Origin: Heptranchias perlo | Lineage: Eukaryota | Direction: 5' to 3' | DNA length: 64,000 nt | Assembly (NCBI RefSeq): GCF_035084215.1 | Contig: NC_090334.1 | Span: 55,366,001 to 55,430,000 of the forward strand | Shown here: piece after piece, positions 1 through 12,826 of the stretch | How the letters are laid out: every line of letters begins with the position of its first letter | Numbering within the stretch: position 1 is the first letter of the stretch | Program-made: the position numbers and the translations under genes | Notes under the pieces: model-generated | What the model was told of the DNA's origin: nothing | Databases searched by the model: none | What the model saw: the letters and a program-made list of their open reading frames with translations, nothing else

Positions 1-29
1 TTCCCATTAGTACTACTGCTACTAATTCC

Positions 30-240
30 TGTCCGTCTGCAGCGACGATGGAGCCAAATGAATTCACTCCATTGCTATTGGTTCTCAACTAGCCTAGTCG
101 CTTCTGTCATCTGTATGCCTTTCTGTGACGTTGTCTATCCAGCGCTTCCTTGGTCTTCCTCGGCTTCTTGTTGCATATACCTCTGCATGCAGGGCCATGA
201 AAGGTATTCTCGTTGTTTCCATTCTTGAAACATTTCCATT
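30..240 (-). mobile_element. Degenerate RTE-type LINE 3' end
   Basis: Minus strand translates to GNVSRMETTRIPFMALHAEVYATRSRGRPRKRWID, resembling the RTE ORF2 C-terminal GRPRKRW motif. Confidence 0.55.
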
Positions 241-415
241 AGTAATTTTTAAAAATGTGGCTTCTTATTTATGCAATAAAATTCTCCTGAAGCTATTGAA
301 ATGAATAAAAATGAATGCACCATAAAGCATGATCACCTTTTGAGATGATATGAAATTGTTTTTATCCACGTCTGATGGTAGATTATTTTATAACCTTACT
401 TTCATTTGTTTAAAG

Positions 416-493
416 ACCTCCGCTAGCTGAGTACATCACGGAAGAGTTTACTAAGAGAGTTCCATTTTCCGTATTTACTACAAATCCCTGCAG
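416..493 (+). CDS. POLE2: DNA polymerase epsilon subunit 2, internal exon (gene begins upstream of the window)
   Basis: AG|...|GTAAAC boundaries; encodes PPLAEYITEEFTKRVPFSVFTTNPC(R), matching the POLE2 C-terminal region. Confidence 0.93.
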
Positions 494-605
494 GTAAACT
501 TTCTGCATAACTCATCATTTCACAGTTCACTGGTCGTTTTATTGAACAGCTATTCTGGTACAGAAAAGCAGATTAACAATATTTTTCTTTGTTTATTACT
601 GTTAG

Positions 606-714
606 GATTCAGTACTGTACACAAGAAATCATAATTTTTCGTGAGGATTTGGTTAATAAGATGTGTAGAAATTGTATCCGGTTTCCTAGCAGTAATTTGG
701 ACATTCCAAACCAT
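606..714 (+). CDS. POLE2: POLE2 internal exon
   Basis: TTAG|...|GTGAGT; encodes [36 protein letters not shown]; phase matches the previous exon. Confidence 0.95.
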
Positions 715-859
715 GTGAGTAACTGTTACATTTTTGGATTTCAGACTCGATATTCTACTGGGGTTCAGTGTCATCAGCCGCTCCCATAAGCAGACCTTGC
801 ATTCCTCTATGATCCAGATTGTCACTTTACTTGCCCTATATCTGCGTCACAGTAGCACT

Positions 860-2129
860 AACCAATGCTCAGTTTGGGTTCCGCCAGGACCACTTGGCTC
901 CAGACCTCAGTACAGCCTTGGTCCAAACTGGACAAAAGAGCTGAATTCCAGAGGTGAGGTGAAAGTGACTGCCCTTGACATCAAGGCAGCATTTGACTGA
1001 GTGTGGCACCAAGGAGCCCTAGTAAAATTGAAGTCAATGGGAATCAGGGGGAAAACTCTACAGTGGCTGGAGTCATACCTAGCACAAAGGAAGATGATAG
1101 TGGTTGTTGGAGGCCAATCATCTCAGCCCCAGGACATTGCTGCAGGAGTTCCTCAGGGCAGTGTCCTAGGCCCAACCATCTTCAGCTGCTTCATCAATGA
1201 CCTTCCCTCCATCATAAGGTCAGAAATGGGGATGATCGCTGATGATTGCACAGTGTTGAGTTCCATTTGCAACCCCTCAGATAATGAAGCAGTCCGAGCC
1301 CGCATGCAGCAAGACCTGGACAACATCCAGGCTTGTGCTAATAAGTGGCAAGTAACATTCACGCCAGACAAGTGCCAGGCAATGACCACCTCCAACAAGA
1401 GAGAGTCTAACCACCTCCTCTTGACATTCAACGGCATTACCACCGCCAAATCCCCCACCATCAACATCCTGGGGGTCACCATTGACCAGAAACTTAACTG
1501 GACCAGCCATATAAATACTGTGGCTACAAGAGCAGGGTATTCTCCGGCGAGTGACTCACCTCCTGACTCCCCAAAGCCTTTCCACCTTCTACAAGGCACA
1601 AGTCAGGAGTGTGATGGAATACTCTCCACTTTCCTGGATGAGTACAGCTCCAACAACACTCAAGAAGCTCGACACCATCCAGGACAAAGCAGCCCGCTTG
1701 ATTGGCACCCCATCCAACACCCTAAACATTCACTCCCTTCACCACCGGCGCACTGTGGCTGCAGTGTGTACCATCCACAGGATGCACTGCAGCAACTCGC
1801 CAAGGCTTCTTCGACAGCACCTCTCAAACCCGCGACCTCTACCACCTAGAAGGACAAGGGCAGCAGGCACATGGGAACAACACCACCTGCACGTTCCCCT
1901 CCAAGTCACACACCATCCCGACTTGGAAATATATTGCCGTTCCTTCATCGTCACTGGGTCAAAATCCCAAACTCCGTTCCTAACAGCATTGTGGGAGAAC
2001 CTTCACCACACGGACTGCAGCGGTTCAAGAAGGCGGCTCACCACCACCTTCTCAAGGGCAATTAGGGATAGGCAATAAATGCTGGCCTCGCCAGAGACGC
2101 CAACATCCCATGAACGAATGAAAAAAAAA
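860..2129 (+). mobile_element. 5'-truncated CR1/L2-group LINE (RT C-terminal half and 3' tail), disrupted
   Basis: RT motifs [19 protein letters not shown] and IADD, with a stop and frameshift; ends CCCATGAACGAATG plus an A-run; same family as 32070-32570 and 57297-58088. Confidence 0.9.
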
Positions 2130-2339
2130 CTGTCCAAGGATCGAACGGACAATAATTGCCACTATATGTTGTCTTACTGAAGTGTACCATGTGCTGCCAA
2201 GTGATGATTCTTGTATTAGGCAGCAGGCTGAATGTAAATTCGATAAACCAACAGACTATTTAACAATGAACAGGTAAATGAATGGTACATAGGTTGTCTG
2301 CCATTTTGCAGCGTTTAAACACCGACAATGCCATGGAAC

Positions 2340-2547
2340 CAGCCTGGAACCTTTATAGTTTAAAAGTTTCAAAAATAAGTGACTGCTTGATGCACACATG
2401 TGGGAGAAGAGAATAGAGGGCAATAGGGGCAGGGTGGAAAAAGGTAATCCGAGTGGGAGGAGGCCCATGGGAAGTATGAACACCAGCATAGACCAGATGG
2501 GCCGAATGGTCTGTCTCTGTGCTTAAGATTCTATACAATTCTATGTT
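2340..2547 (+). mobile_element. Old CR1 3' tail fragment
   Basis: GATGGGCCGAATGG...ATTCTAT repeats typical of CR1 3' ends. Confidence 0.55.
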
Positions 2548-2706
2548 TATAAAAAAAAAAAACAATTTAACCCCTTGTGCCGATATGAGTAATAAAAGAA
2601 CTTAAAACAGTAATCAAATACAGGTAAAAATATTTTCATTTTTGTCACAGCAGATTTTCTAACTTTTGAACTGCCATGGATTTCATGGACCCCATCCCCT
2701 TCCCGA

Positions 2707-4230
2707 ATCATAAGAACATAAGAAATAGGAGCAGGTGTAGGCCATACAGCCCCTCGAACCTGCTCCGCCATTCAATAAGATCATGGCTGATCTTCAACCT
2801 TAACTCCACTTTCCTGCCCGATCCCTGTATCCTTTGATTCCCTTAGAGTCCAAAAATCTATTGCTCTCAGCCATGAATGTGCTCAACGACTCAGCATCCA
2901 CAGCCCTCTGGGGTAGAGAATTCCAAAGATTCACGACCCTCTGAGTGAAGAAATTTCTCCCCATCTCAGTCCTATATGGCCGACCCCTTATCCTGAGACA
3001 ATGCCTCCTAGTTCTAGACTCTCCAGTCATGGGAAACAGCCTCTCAGCATCAACCCTGCCAAGCCCTCTCAGAATCTTATGTTTCAATGAGACCACCTTT
3101 CATTCTTTCAAACTCCAGAGAATATAGGCCCACAGTACTCAACCTCTCCTCATAGGACAACCCTCATCCCAGGAATCAATCTAGTGAACCTTCGTTGCAC
3201 CACCTCTAAGGCAAGTATATCCTTCCTTAGGTAAGGAGAGCAAAACTGTGCACAGTACTCCAGGTGTGGTCTCACCAAAGCCCTGTACAATTGCAGCAAG
3301 AATTCCTTACTCTTGTACTCCAACCCCCCTGCAATAAAGGCCAACATACCATTTGCCTTCCTAATTGCTTGCTGTACCTGCACATTAACTTTCTGTGTTT
3401 CGTGTACAAGGACACCCAAATCCCTCTGAACACCAACATTTAATAGTTTCTCACCATTTTAAAAATATTCTGTTTTCCTATTCTTCCTACCAAAGTGAAT
3501 AACCTCACATTTCCCCACATTATACTCCATCTGCCACCTTACCTTCTTGCCCACTCACTTAACCTGTCTATATCCCTTTGGAGATTCAGTGTGTCCCCCT
3601 CACAGTTTACTTTCCCACCTAGCTTTGCATCGTCAGTAAACCTGGATACATTATACTCGGTCCCTTCATCTAAGACATTAATTTAGATTGTAAATGGCTG
3701 AGGCCCAGGCGCTGATCCTTGTGGCACCCCACTAGTTACAGCCTGCCAACCTGAAAATGACCCATTTATTCCTACTCTCTGTTTTCTGTTCGTTAACCAA
3801 TCCTCTATCCATGCTAATATTTTATCCCCAACCCCATGAGCCCTTATCTTGTGTAACAATCTTTTGTGTGGCACCTTATCGAATGCCTTTTGAAAATCCA
3901 AAATATACTACATCCACTGGTTCTCCTTTATCTACCCTGCAAATTACATCCTCAAAAAACTAATAGATTTGTCAAACATAATTCCCCTTTCATAAAACCA
4001 TGTTGATTCTACCTAATCATATGATTTTCTAAGTGCCCTGTTACCATGTCCTTAATAATGGATTCCAGCATTTTCCCGACTACTGATGTCAGACTAACTG
4101 GCCTGTAGTTCCCAGTTTTCTTTCTCCCTCCTTTCTTGAATAGCAGTGCCACATTTACTACCTTCCAATTCACTGGGACCATTCTAGAATCTAGGGAATT
4201 TTGGAAGTTCACAACCAATATCTCTACTCT
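2707..4230 (-). mobile_element. CR1 LINE ORF2 (RT) remnant with frameshifts
   Basis: Peptides GNYRPVSLTSVVGK, DFQKAFDKVPH, GVPQGS, LVRPHLEYC and FTQRVVNLWNSLP; TTCTTATG-type tail at ~2710. Confidence 0.93.
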
Positions 4231-4429
4231 CAATATTTTTAGTTTTATTAACTAATTCGTTTATCTAGTTTAAGTTATTAATTTAATAAAGTTAATAGCA
4301 AGCTATACTTTCCAAGCTCTTAGTTAACCACTGCCCTAGCTTAGAGAGCAAAAAAACGGTAATACTCACCAACCAACCAACCACCTACCTGCTCTCATGT
4401 GATGTCACTCCTTGATTATTTTTTTCTAT

Positions 4430-5482
4430 CCACTGCTCCTTTATACCGGACCCCTGTGGGGGGGGGGTTCCAACGCTGCTCTCTCTCCGCCGCTCCTTTA
4501 TACCGGACCCCTGTGGGGGGGGGGTTCCAACGCTGCTCTCTCTCCGCCGCTCCTTTATACTGGACCCCTGTGGGGGGGAGGGGGGGTTCCAACGCTGCTC
4601 TCTCTCCGCCGCTCCTTTATACCGGACCCCTGTGGGGGGGGGTTCCAACGCTGCTCTCTCTCCGCCGCTCCTTTATACCGGACCCCTGTGGGGAGGGGGG
4701 GTTCCAACGCTGCTCTCTCTCCGCCGCTCCTTTATACCCCTGTGGGGAGGGGGGGGTTCCAACGCTGCTCTCTCTCCGCCGCTCCTTTATACTGGACCCC
4801 TGTTTGGGGGGGGGGGGGGTTCCAAAGCTGCTCTCTCTCCGCCGCTCCTTTATACCGGACTGCTGGGGAGGGGGGATTCCCATGCTGCTCTCTCTCCGCC
4901 GCTCCTTTATACTGGACCGCTGGGGAGGGGGTGGGATTCCCACGCTGCACTCTCTCCGCCACTCCTTTATACCGGACCGCTGGGGAGGGGGGAGATTCCC
5001 ATGCTGCTCTCTCTCCGCCGCTCCTTTATACCGGACCGCTGGGGAGGGAGGGATTCCCATGCTGCTCTCTCTCCGCCGCTCCTCTATACCGGACCGCTGG
5101 GGAGGGGGAGATTCCCATGCTGCTCTCTCTCCGCCGCTCCTCTATACCGGACCGCTGTGGGGGTGGCGGGGTGGGGGGGAGGAGATTCCTACGCTGCTCT
5201 CACTCTGCCGCTCCTTTATACAGGACCGCTGGTGGTGGGGGGGGGACTACCAAGCTGCTCTCTCTGCCGCTCCTCTATACCAGACCGCTTGGGGGGATTC
5301 CCACGCTGCTCTCGCTCTCCGCCGCTCCTCTATACTGGGGGGGTGGGGGGGGTGCTTCCAACGCTGCTCTGTCTCCGCCGCTCCTTTATACTGGGCCGCT
5401 GTGGGGGACTCCTGCACTAACTCTCTCCCGCCGCTTCTTTATACCGGACCACTGGGAGTGGGGGGGATTCCCACACTTTCTC
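4430..5482. repeat. GC-rich minisatellite, ~56-62 bp unit, ~18 copies
   Basis: Repeated CCGCTCCTTTATACCGGACCCCTGT(G)nTTCCAACGCTGCTCTCTCTCCG; units become more divergent toward the right end. Confidence 0.95.
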
Positions 5483-6590
5483 TGTAACAGAAATTATGGC
5501 CATTCAGTTCATTGTACCTGTGCCAGTATTACCTCTTTGATTGGAGTCATCTACTCTAACCCACTTTCCTTTTATTGTTTTATTAGTCCTCCTTTATTCC
5601 TTTTTAAATACTTCTCCAATTCTTTTTTAGATGATATAGTCCCTGCCTCAATAGTCATTTGTGGTAAAGAATTCCACATTCTGATAACCGTCTGGAAAAA
5701 TCTCCCTGTCGAGGATTTATCATTGTTCCTCATTTAGGCGTATACCCTCTCCCTTTATACACTTTATCACTGCTATGTGACAGCTGAGCTGCAAATCTCT
5801 TTTGTTTCTTCGCTTTCCCGTGAACTTTACTATACTTGTCTGAACAGATGACACCTCTTTGTTGATGTCCTTGGAATTAGCGCTGGGAAACATCAATTAC
5901 TTTTCACCCAGCATATTTTCTCCCATTCTGAAGGCTATTTGACTCTAGGAGCCATCCCACTTGCATGTCCACAGACCTCAGCATTTTCCAATGGCATTTC
6001 CACACTATCTTATTTGTTTCTACAGTCTACTCTCTCATACAGGACCATCTGTTCAGATGGTCCAAACATTGATAAGCTATTTAAAACTACATTTAAAAAA
6101 AAAACTTTGACACAGTTACAATAATAAAAAATCAAAGCATAGCAATATTACACTAACATGGAGAATTAATCAGGCCTGCTGCAGTACCTCTGAGTAACCC
6201 ATTCCATCCTAGTCTCCTGACAATCACTCAAAACTTATCCAACAGTTTCTATTTATAAAACCTAACTTGTTATTGGCCTTTTTTGTGCCTTTATCTACCT
6301 GTACTCCATCTTTAAGTACTAGTACTTTTTTTTAGATTCAAAGTTAAAAACGTTCTCAAAGCTGCATTTCAGATTTATTACCTCTTGGGTGGGGAATCTA
6401 GTCCTCTGTTGCTGGGTCAATGAGGATATCTAAATAGAGGTAATAATATTTGGGTCTACTGATGAGTCGAAGTATAATGTTTTTTTTCTATAATCCATTT
6501 TGAATTTTTTTTTATTAAGTCATTTTGACAGTTTTCTGTGACAGTAAAAGATTAACTTCACTAATATTTTTGTTTCAACTTTCATGGTAG

Positions 6591-6767
6591 TTTGTGAAGA
6601 CCATCATAGCGCAAGGACATCTAACACCACTGCCACTGTACGTCAGTCCAGTCTACTGGGCCTACGATTATGCTCTTCGTGTGTACCCAGTACCAGACCT
6701 GATTGTCTTTGCTGACAAATATGATCCATTCAACATCGTCCATACAGACTGCATCTGTATCAATCCA
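6591..6767 (+). CDS. POLE2: POLE2 internal exon
   Basis: GTAG|...|GTAAGT; encodes [47 protein letters not shown]...CINP. Confidence 0.96.
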
Positions 6768-7549
6768 GTAAGTCACCACTACATAAAATTCTTATCACAG
6801 TGTAAACTGAATTAATGTTATAAAAAATACCTAATCAGTATACATCTTTAAAAAATGTTCAACTTTGTCTCAAATAACTTTAGGGAGTTTGCAGAATTCA
6901 GTTCGGTGTTACTGAAAAGTATTTTTTTTTAAATGCTGTTGAGCATGAACTTATTAACAAAAATGGTTGCAGTTTCTTTCAAAGTGCTGAACTTTATAAT
7001 TAATCTGCTGCCATTTGCAATGCACATTTTCTTTCTTAATTCCAGTTTTAATTTTTTTTTGTTTTTCTTCAGTTCATAGTGCTTTACAATAATCGTTATA
7101 TTTCCATGAAACTTTTAGATTTAGTTGGCAGAAAACACCTAAGTGTGGTCGGACATGGATTTGTGTCTTTGTTCCTTTCAGTGAGTTTTCAATCACAACA
7201 GCATTGTTTGTGGAGGCTAAGAGCTTCCCCATAAAGAAAGGAAAATCGAGAAGATGGAGGATTGGGTCATTCACAAATCTAGCATCTGGTTACAGAATGG
7301 TGTCTGGAAGCAGGTCTGAGGAATGATGCGTGACATAGGAAGGGGGAAACAATGAAATCTGAAAGTGATCAATTATTTTTTTTAATGTGTAGGATTAAAG
7401 CATTTCCTTTATCTTTATATTTTATTTTTTAGTCATCTGTATGTTTTAAATCCTAGTTTAATGTACCACTAACTTGTAATAACTGTGTGTGTACTCGTTT
7501 TATATAATTGTACATCTTTTAATGGAAGTCTTTTACTTAATTGTTTTAG

Positions 7550-7617
7550 GGCTCATTTCCACGTAGTGGATTCTGCTTCAAGGTGTACTATCCCTCAAAT
7601 AGAACTGTGGAGGACAG
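7550..7617 (+). CDS. POLE2: POLE2 penultimate exon
   Basis: TTTTAG|...|GTAATA; encodes GSFPRSGFCFKVYYPSNRTVED(S). Confidence 0.95.
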
Positions 7618-8479
7618 GTAATAGAGAAACAATTTGTAGAGCTTTCATTGTAATTAAATATAGAAACATTAATTTTCATTTTTTTTCTAACTTGAGCCAA
7701 TACAATTGGACGTAACAGTGCAGGAAGACTTATACAATTACATATGCAGAAATATATGAAAAGAAAACTCGAAACAAAATATTATTTTACAGCCTCAGAA
7801 ACTACAAATGCCTGTCAAGTCTGCTTTGGATTCGGCTGTTAGATGTTAAGAAAGAGCAGATAGGCTTCACCTATCCCGCCCCCTCAAAGGGAAGTATCTG
7901 TCCTCTATGCCAATACTTTCCAACTGTGGCATGGGTGAGAGGTCACAAAGTGGACAATCATGGGCAGGCACCAATGTATTGCCAAAATATTGTTTACTTC
8001 ACAAAACAACTAAAAGGAGACCATCCTTTAAACCAGTTATTGTATTAGGTATAACAAACCAAGTGCATAATAGTATGTAACACTGCTTTATACCTAGGCA
8101 CCCAATTGTTATACTCATCTGCAGCAGTTGTGCTCGGTTTCTTGTGACATTTTTGAGGCATTGTACATGTGTAGGTAGCAGCCCAGCTTCTGGCTACATA
8201 TTGGCATGAACCTGCTGTCGAAAAAGGACTTGGACATGTCCTGGTAAATAGACTGATTTTGGCACATGGCTGACATTATAACCTGCACCTTCTTCTGAGG
8301 TCTCGTACCGGTTTCAGTTGTTACATTGGAGCAGGCACCGCACAACTTAAGCATCAAATCATCTACTTGGGTCGGTCACCTGAAGGTGGTTTACGTATGC
8401 AGATATTGGATAGTGGTGTTTGCTACAAATTTGACACTAAATTTATGATGATACCAGCAAATACCAAATTCATGTTATA

Positions 8480-8900
8480 ACAGGTGGCTCATTGGGTAAA
8501 TACTGTGTGATGTGGTACTGATCAATGCAGACCAGAAGATCCCAGGTTTCAACCTTAGTCTCTGCTGAGCTTTCTGATTTCTGCCTGGGAGTATTCTGAT
8601 TAGCTTCAGTTGCTTTGGACTAGATGTGGGGGAAGGGGTGGGGAGGGGAAGGGAAGGGAAGAGAATGAGCCACTTCTCATTCCTGTTCACTATCAAGTGA
8701 TGCTTCCTAGAAGGTCTGTATCTATGGACTTTGGGTAAGGATAAAACTAGGTTTTGTAGTAATGGCCTTCATGCTTGAAAAGCCTGACTGCTCATCATCT
8801 AGACTCTCAAATAAAGAATAACCTGCTAAATGAAGTAATCATGTGCAGTGAGCACCTCTGCAACTGTCTCTTAGCATGAGTTAGGAGACGGGGAGGGGAA
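8480..8900 (+). mobile_element. Ancient tRNA-derived SINE (AmnSINE2/LmeSINE1c-like, recalled rather than verified)
   Basis: TGGCTCATTGG A-box-like head; related diverged copies at ~11170-11450, 17080-17280, 22190-22300, 24690-25010, 25130-25310, 28095-28378, 39370-39610 and 57080-57296. Confidence 0.6.
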
Positions 8901-9137
8901 AAAATGATTTTCCATGTAAACTAAATATATTAATTATAGACACTCATTCAAAAGTAAGTTTAGATGTATTCACAATTGTGACTATTGATTGTTGACATTG
9001 AAGTACGATATAATGTAAAGAATTAGTTTTCAGAGATGCATCTGTTTTATCTTATGGTTGCATTAAAATCTATCTACAGAGAGATCAGTTTCAACTAATT
9101 ATGAAAAGATGATGAATGGATTTTCCTTTCTTTTCAG

Positions 9138-9156
9138 CAAACTTCAGAACCTTTGA
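9138..9156 (+). CDS. POLE2: POLE2 terminal coding exon
   Basis: Long pyrimidine tract ending TTTTCAG|, then (S)KLQNL-TGA, comparable to human SKLQGF; candidate ATTAAA signal at 9280-9285. Confidence 0.9.
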
Positions 9157-12100
9157 TTGTGAATTTTTAAAAGTTGGAAAAGTCTGCACACCGAAGACTT
9201 GCATTTGCACATTAATGTCATGAAAAGTTTCTGATAATTCCTTGTTTTTGTGTTTATTTATATTGGTGCTTTTTTATGAATTAAACTTAAAATGTCTGTC
9301 TGAGTTTAGTTGTACATACGTTATTGATAACTACAGCCAAAAACGCGCACCGCCAAAAAACAGACACTTACTGACCGTCCCAAATAACTTGCTTGTAACA
9401 GATACAAATTGCATCTTGAAACCACAGACACTCGCAAATTACGAACTACGGACAGCCTTCAATGCACCACCCGTTTACAACTTAAAACTGGACACGCAGG
9501 TAATCGCGAGGTGGCAGCGGGTGAAAAAAAAACGACGCTTGTGTAATGGTGATCTCTTTACCCAGCATGCATAGTGACAGAGAAACCACTCTATCTCTGG
9601 GATTGAATACTTGCACAGTTCTATCCCAGGGATAGAGCGGTTTCTCTGCCACCATGGATGCTGGGGACTCGAGTTTGGGGCAGAAGGAGGCTGGGGGTGG
9701 AGAGATGGAGAGAATGGTTTCCTCTTTTCCATGCCCTTGGTTTCCACTCTTCGCCTGCTCACGGATGGCCTGCAGGTTCTTGGAACTTCTTACAACAGCT
9801 GCTAGCGGGAAACCACAAATAAAGATCCTCAACTACAGGGGACTCTTTAAAAGGTAAATCCAATAACATTTGTAGAAGTCATGTGATCTGACATCACATG
9901 GCCAGATGTCATGGTCAGAACATCTGGGAATGCCTCCAACCAGAGTTAGCAACCCTACTCCACCAGTACTTCAGGTACTGATAAGCTGCTTACAGCCCCT
10001 TGCCCATCACCAAACATTAGCTGCTGCAGCACATGGAGGGAGGGGGTCCAGGACAGGAGTCTGCAGGACATTAATTTCCCCCCCCCCCCCTCTCCAATTT
10101 GGCTGGGATCTCCTAGGCACTTTGGCCCTACAGCAACCACCTCGCCCTCTGCAGGCTTCCAACGTAGCAGATCCCAGGATCATGACATCCCTCCCTCAAT
10201 GGAAAAGGACCTTGGGATGCAAATGAACTGGGAAACCAACAAACAGAAAATGAACTGAAGTCACATCCTGCCAGCAGGGCACCATCTCAGGTGAGGGCAA
10301 AAAAAAGAAGGAACGCTACAGAAGATACAGCCAACCCTGGGATATTTGGCTCGTCTGGTTTGCTGTACATATAATGACCATTTTGAAAATAAGGACACCT
10401 GATACAACTCCCCTAGGTGTCCCTAATTTACAGGTTTCACTGCATTCTCATAATTTTTCTAAGCTTGATGCCAAACTAAAATTTGCAATTATATCCCTTT
10501 TTAAAAACTGGTTTATTTTACTCCTGAGGTTTCTCTCAATCATAATTTATAAAACTTTTGTCTGTTACGTTCAGTGTAGTAGGCAGAGCACCTCTGTGTG
10601 ATACACCTTTCAATTTACTGCAAGAATTATACTGGAGATATCTGAAAATGTTGCTATGATGATGAGAAAAGGATGCTCAAAACTTAACAAATAAAGGCAC
10701 AAATCCGAAGTTATTTTCTGATGGCAAAAACACCCCATTTTATAGGATATTAACATCACGTGTCCAAATATAGTGTAGCTTTTCTGAACTAGAGACTAAA
10801 AAGTAGTTTACACATTTTTAACCTAATCTGATGCAAAAAATACTGAATTTTTTTCATCAGAATATAGTAACAACTGAACATTTTTGAGACTAAAGGTGCT
10901 GCATTTCTATTAAGAAAATTAAGGGCATAGTATTAAGGACTTATCCGGTCCCTCCCAACCTATATATTTTCAATATTTGACACAGTAAATAAAATAAATT
11001 TGATGGATTATCATTAAATTTCATAACCAATTTTAGGTCCCTTCTATCCAGTATGGGAATTGGTTGACCAGCCATTTTTATAGTCAATCCAACACATGGT
11101 GATAGAATTGAGGCATATCCATTTTCTGACTTTATGCAAGAATCTCAAAAGTTCATGATAGAAACTTCTTATGTTTGTATTTATTGATATAAATTGTGTC
11201 CATGTGGTCACAGCTGACCCTGATCCTGCTCTCACGGGACACACACACCTTCCAGCAGAGTTCAGAATAGTGATCAGGAGCAGGAACTCTGACTTTCTGA
11301 TTTTCTCCCCCCATCTCCTGGCTAACTCAGACATTGATACCCACTGCTAACGCAGCACAGACCAGGGATTGAATCTGGGCCACCTCAGTCTCTACAGCTC
11401 AGCAAAAACAAAGCAGGCAGAGTGCCGATCCACTGAGTATTGAGGGAAGACTAGACATGACTGTCCACTTTTTTAGCCCCTTGCTTCCATCTTCTTGAAA
11501 GGCATATCTTCAGAGCCCTCCTTACAGCCTTGGTCCTCTGCAATGTATGAGTAAATCAAAATGATTCCCTGAACTTGAGTGAGTTGAAGCTGAAACACTC
11601 AGCTACTGACTCGATCTCTGATAAAAGTGAATAATTCTCTCAAGGAAAAGCATTTGGCATGGGGATCTCTCAGGCTTTGTGTAACATTTGTATTATATGA
11701 ACATTAAGTGAATTTTTAACTACAATAATGCCTTAGATTTTATAATGCACTCAAACCATCAATTCCCTTGTGGAATCTATTGCTTTTGTAGCTTGGAATG
11801 TGAAGTAGGGCTGTCTGGTTTGAAGCCATAGTAGCACTTTGAACTATAGTCAATCTAACTAAATCTTTTATAAAACTACTGCATTATTAAATAACGCATG
11901 AGGAGAAATGACTCCATGGTACCTGGAGCCATGTTTTGCTTCATCAATACTTTTAATGCACATTGAAAAGGATTAAGTCTTGAAATAATTTGATACGGTT
12001 GACCTCAACAGTTTAATATGCTGGTGAAAGTCCTTATCTGCTAATTTATTTTTTTGCTTCTGTATAATTTTACTTCCAATAAATTGAGATTAGTTTGACA

Positions 12101-12479
12101 GACCATGTGTTTTTGTGTCAGTTCAGAGATGAGGAGCGTATGGTGGTATCCCTTACTATTTCTAATGCATACCACCAACAGCTATATACTTGAAGGGAGA
12201 AGTTACAATTTAAACATTCACTACCAGCCAGAATCTGGGATCTAGCCCCCATATAATTGTGTTGTCGAGCCAAGATCTGTGTGCACATTTTTTTATTGAG
12301 AAACCATGAAGCACCAAATCCTCATAGTACAGGACATCATCAAAGCAGTCTTCAACTGCAGGCAATATTTGTATAATAATTATTGGAGTTTATTTAGAAA
12401 ATGCAATCAATATTAACATGAATTACTATGTAATGAAAGCAGTAACATTACTGCTGGTAAATCCCAATCCATTCTGTGT

Positions 12480-12826
12480 TGAGTTTGGGGTTGTCCAGCG
12501 TCCTCTCCTTGACAACGCGGACGCATCACACCAAGATTCGGTTTGATTCCTGTCTGCTCCACCGCATTTATGGCGTCTTGTAAAGTAAACACCCACCGCA
12601 CAACATTTTCTAGACATAACTTAAAAGTACGTTATTATAAACCACTCATTTGTTTAAAAAAAAGCGACTTAAACTAATTAATTCGGAGATGGAGAAAGGA
12701 GCGATTTAAACGTTTGCAAAACTTATCTGGTGTTGACGTCATCACCGTTCTTCCCGGCCCGGCGGATGGGGACGCGCTGAGGCTGAGGCTGTGCTGCGGT
12801 CGGGCGCTCGGCAGTTGGGCTGAAGC
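12480..12826 (+). promoter_or_regulatory. DNAAF2 promoter/5' UTR, CpG-enriched, with a full CRE
   Basis: CpG-rich sequence upstream of the ATG; TGACGTCA at 12734-12741; GGGCGG-like GC elements. Confidence 0.6.

Noticed and set aside
4385-5737. Overlapping repetitive ORFs of up to 441 aa
   Set aside because: Translations of the minisatellite, open in several frames, with unit lengths that are not multiples of three.
5939-6124. SDGPN motif suggesting a hAT transposase fragment
   Set aside because: A single short motif with no supporting flanking similarity or TIR.
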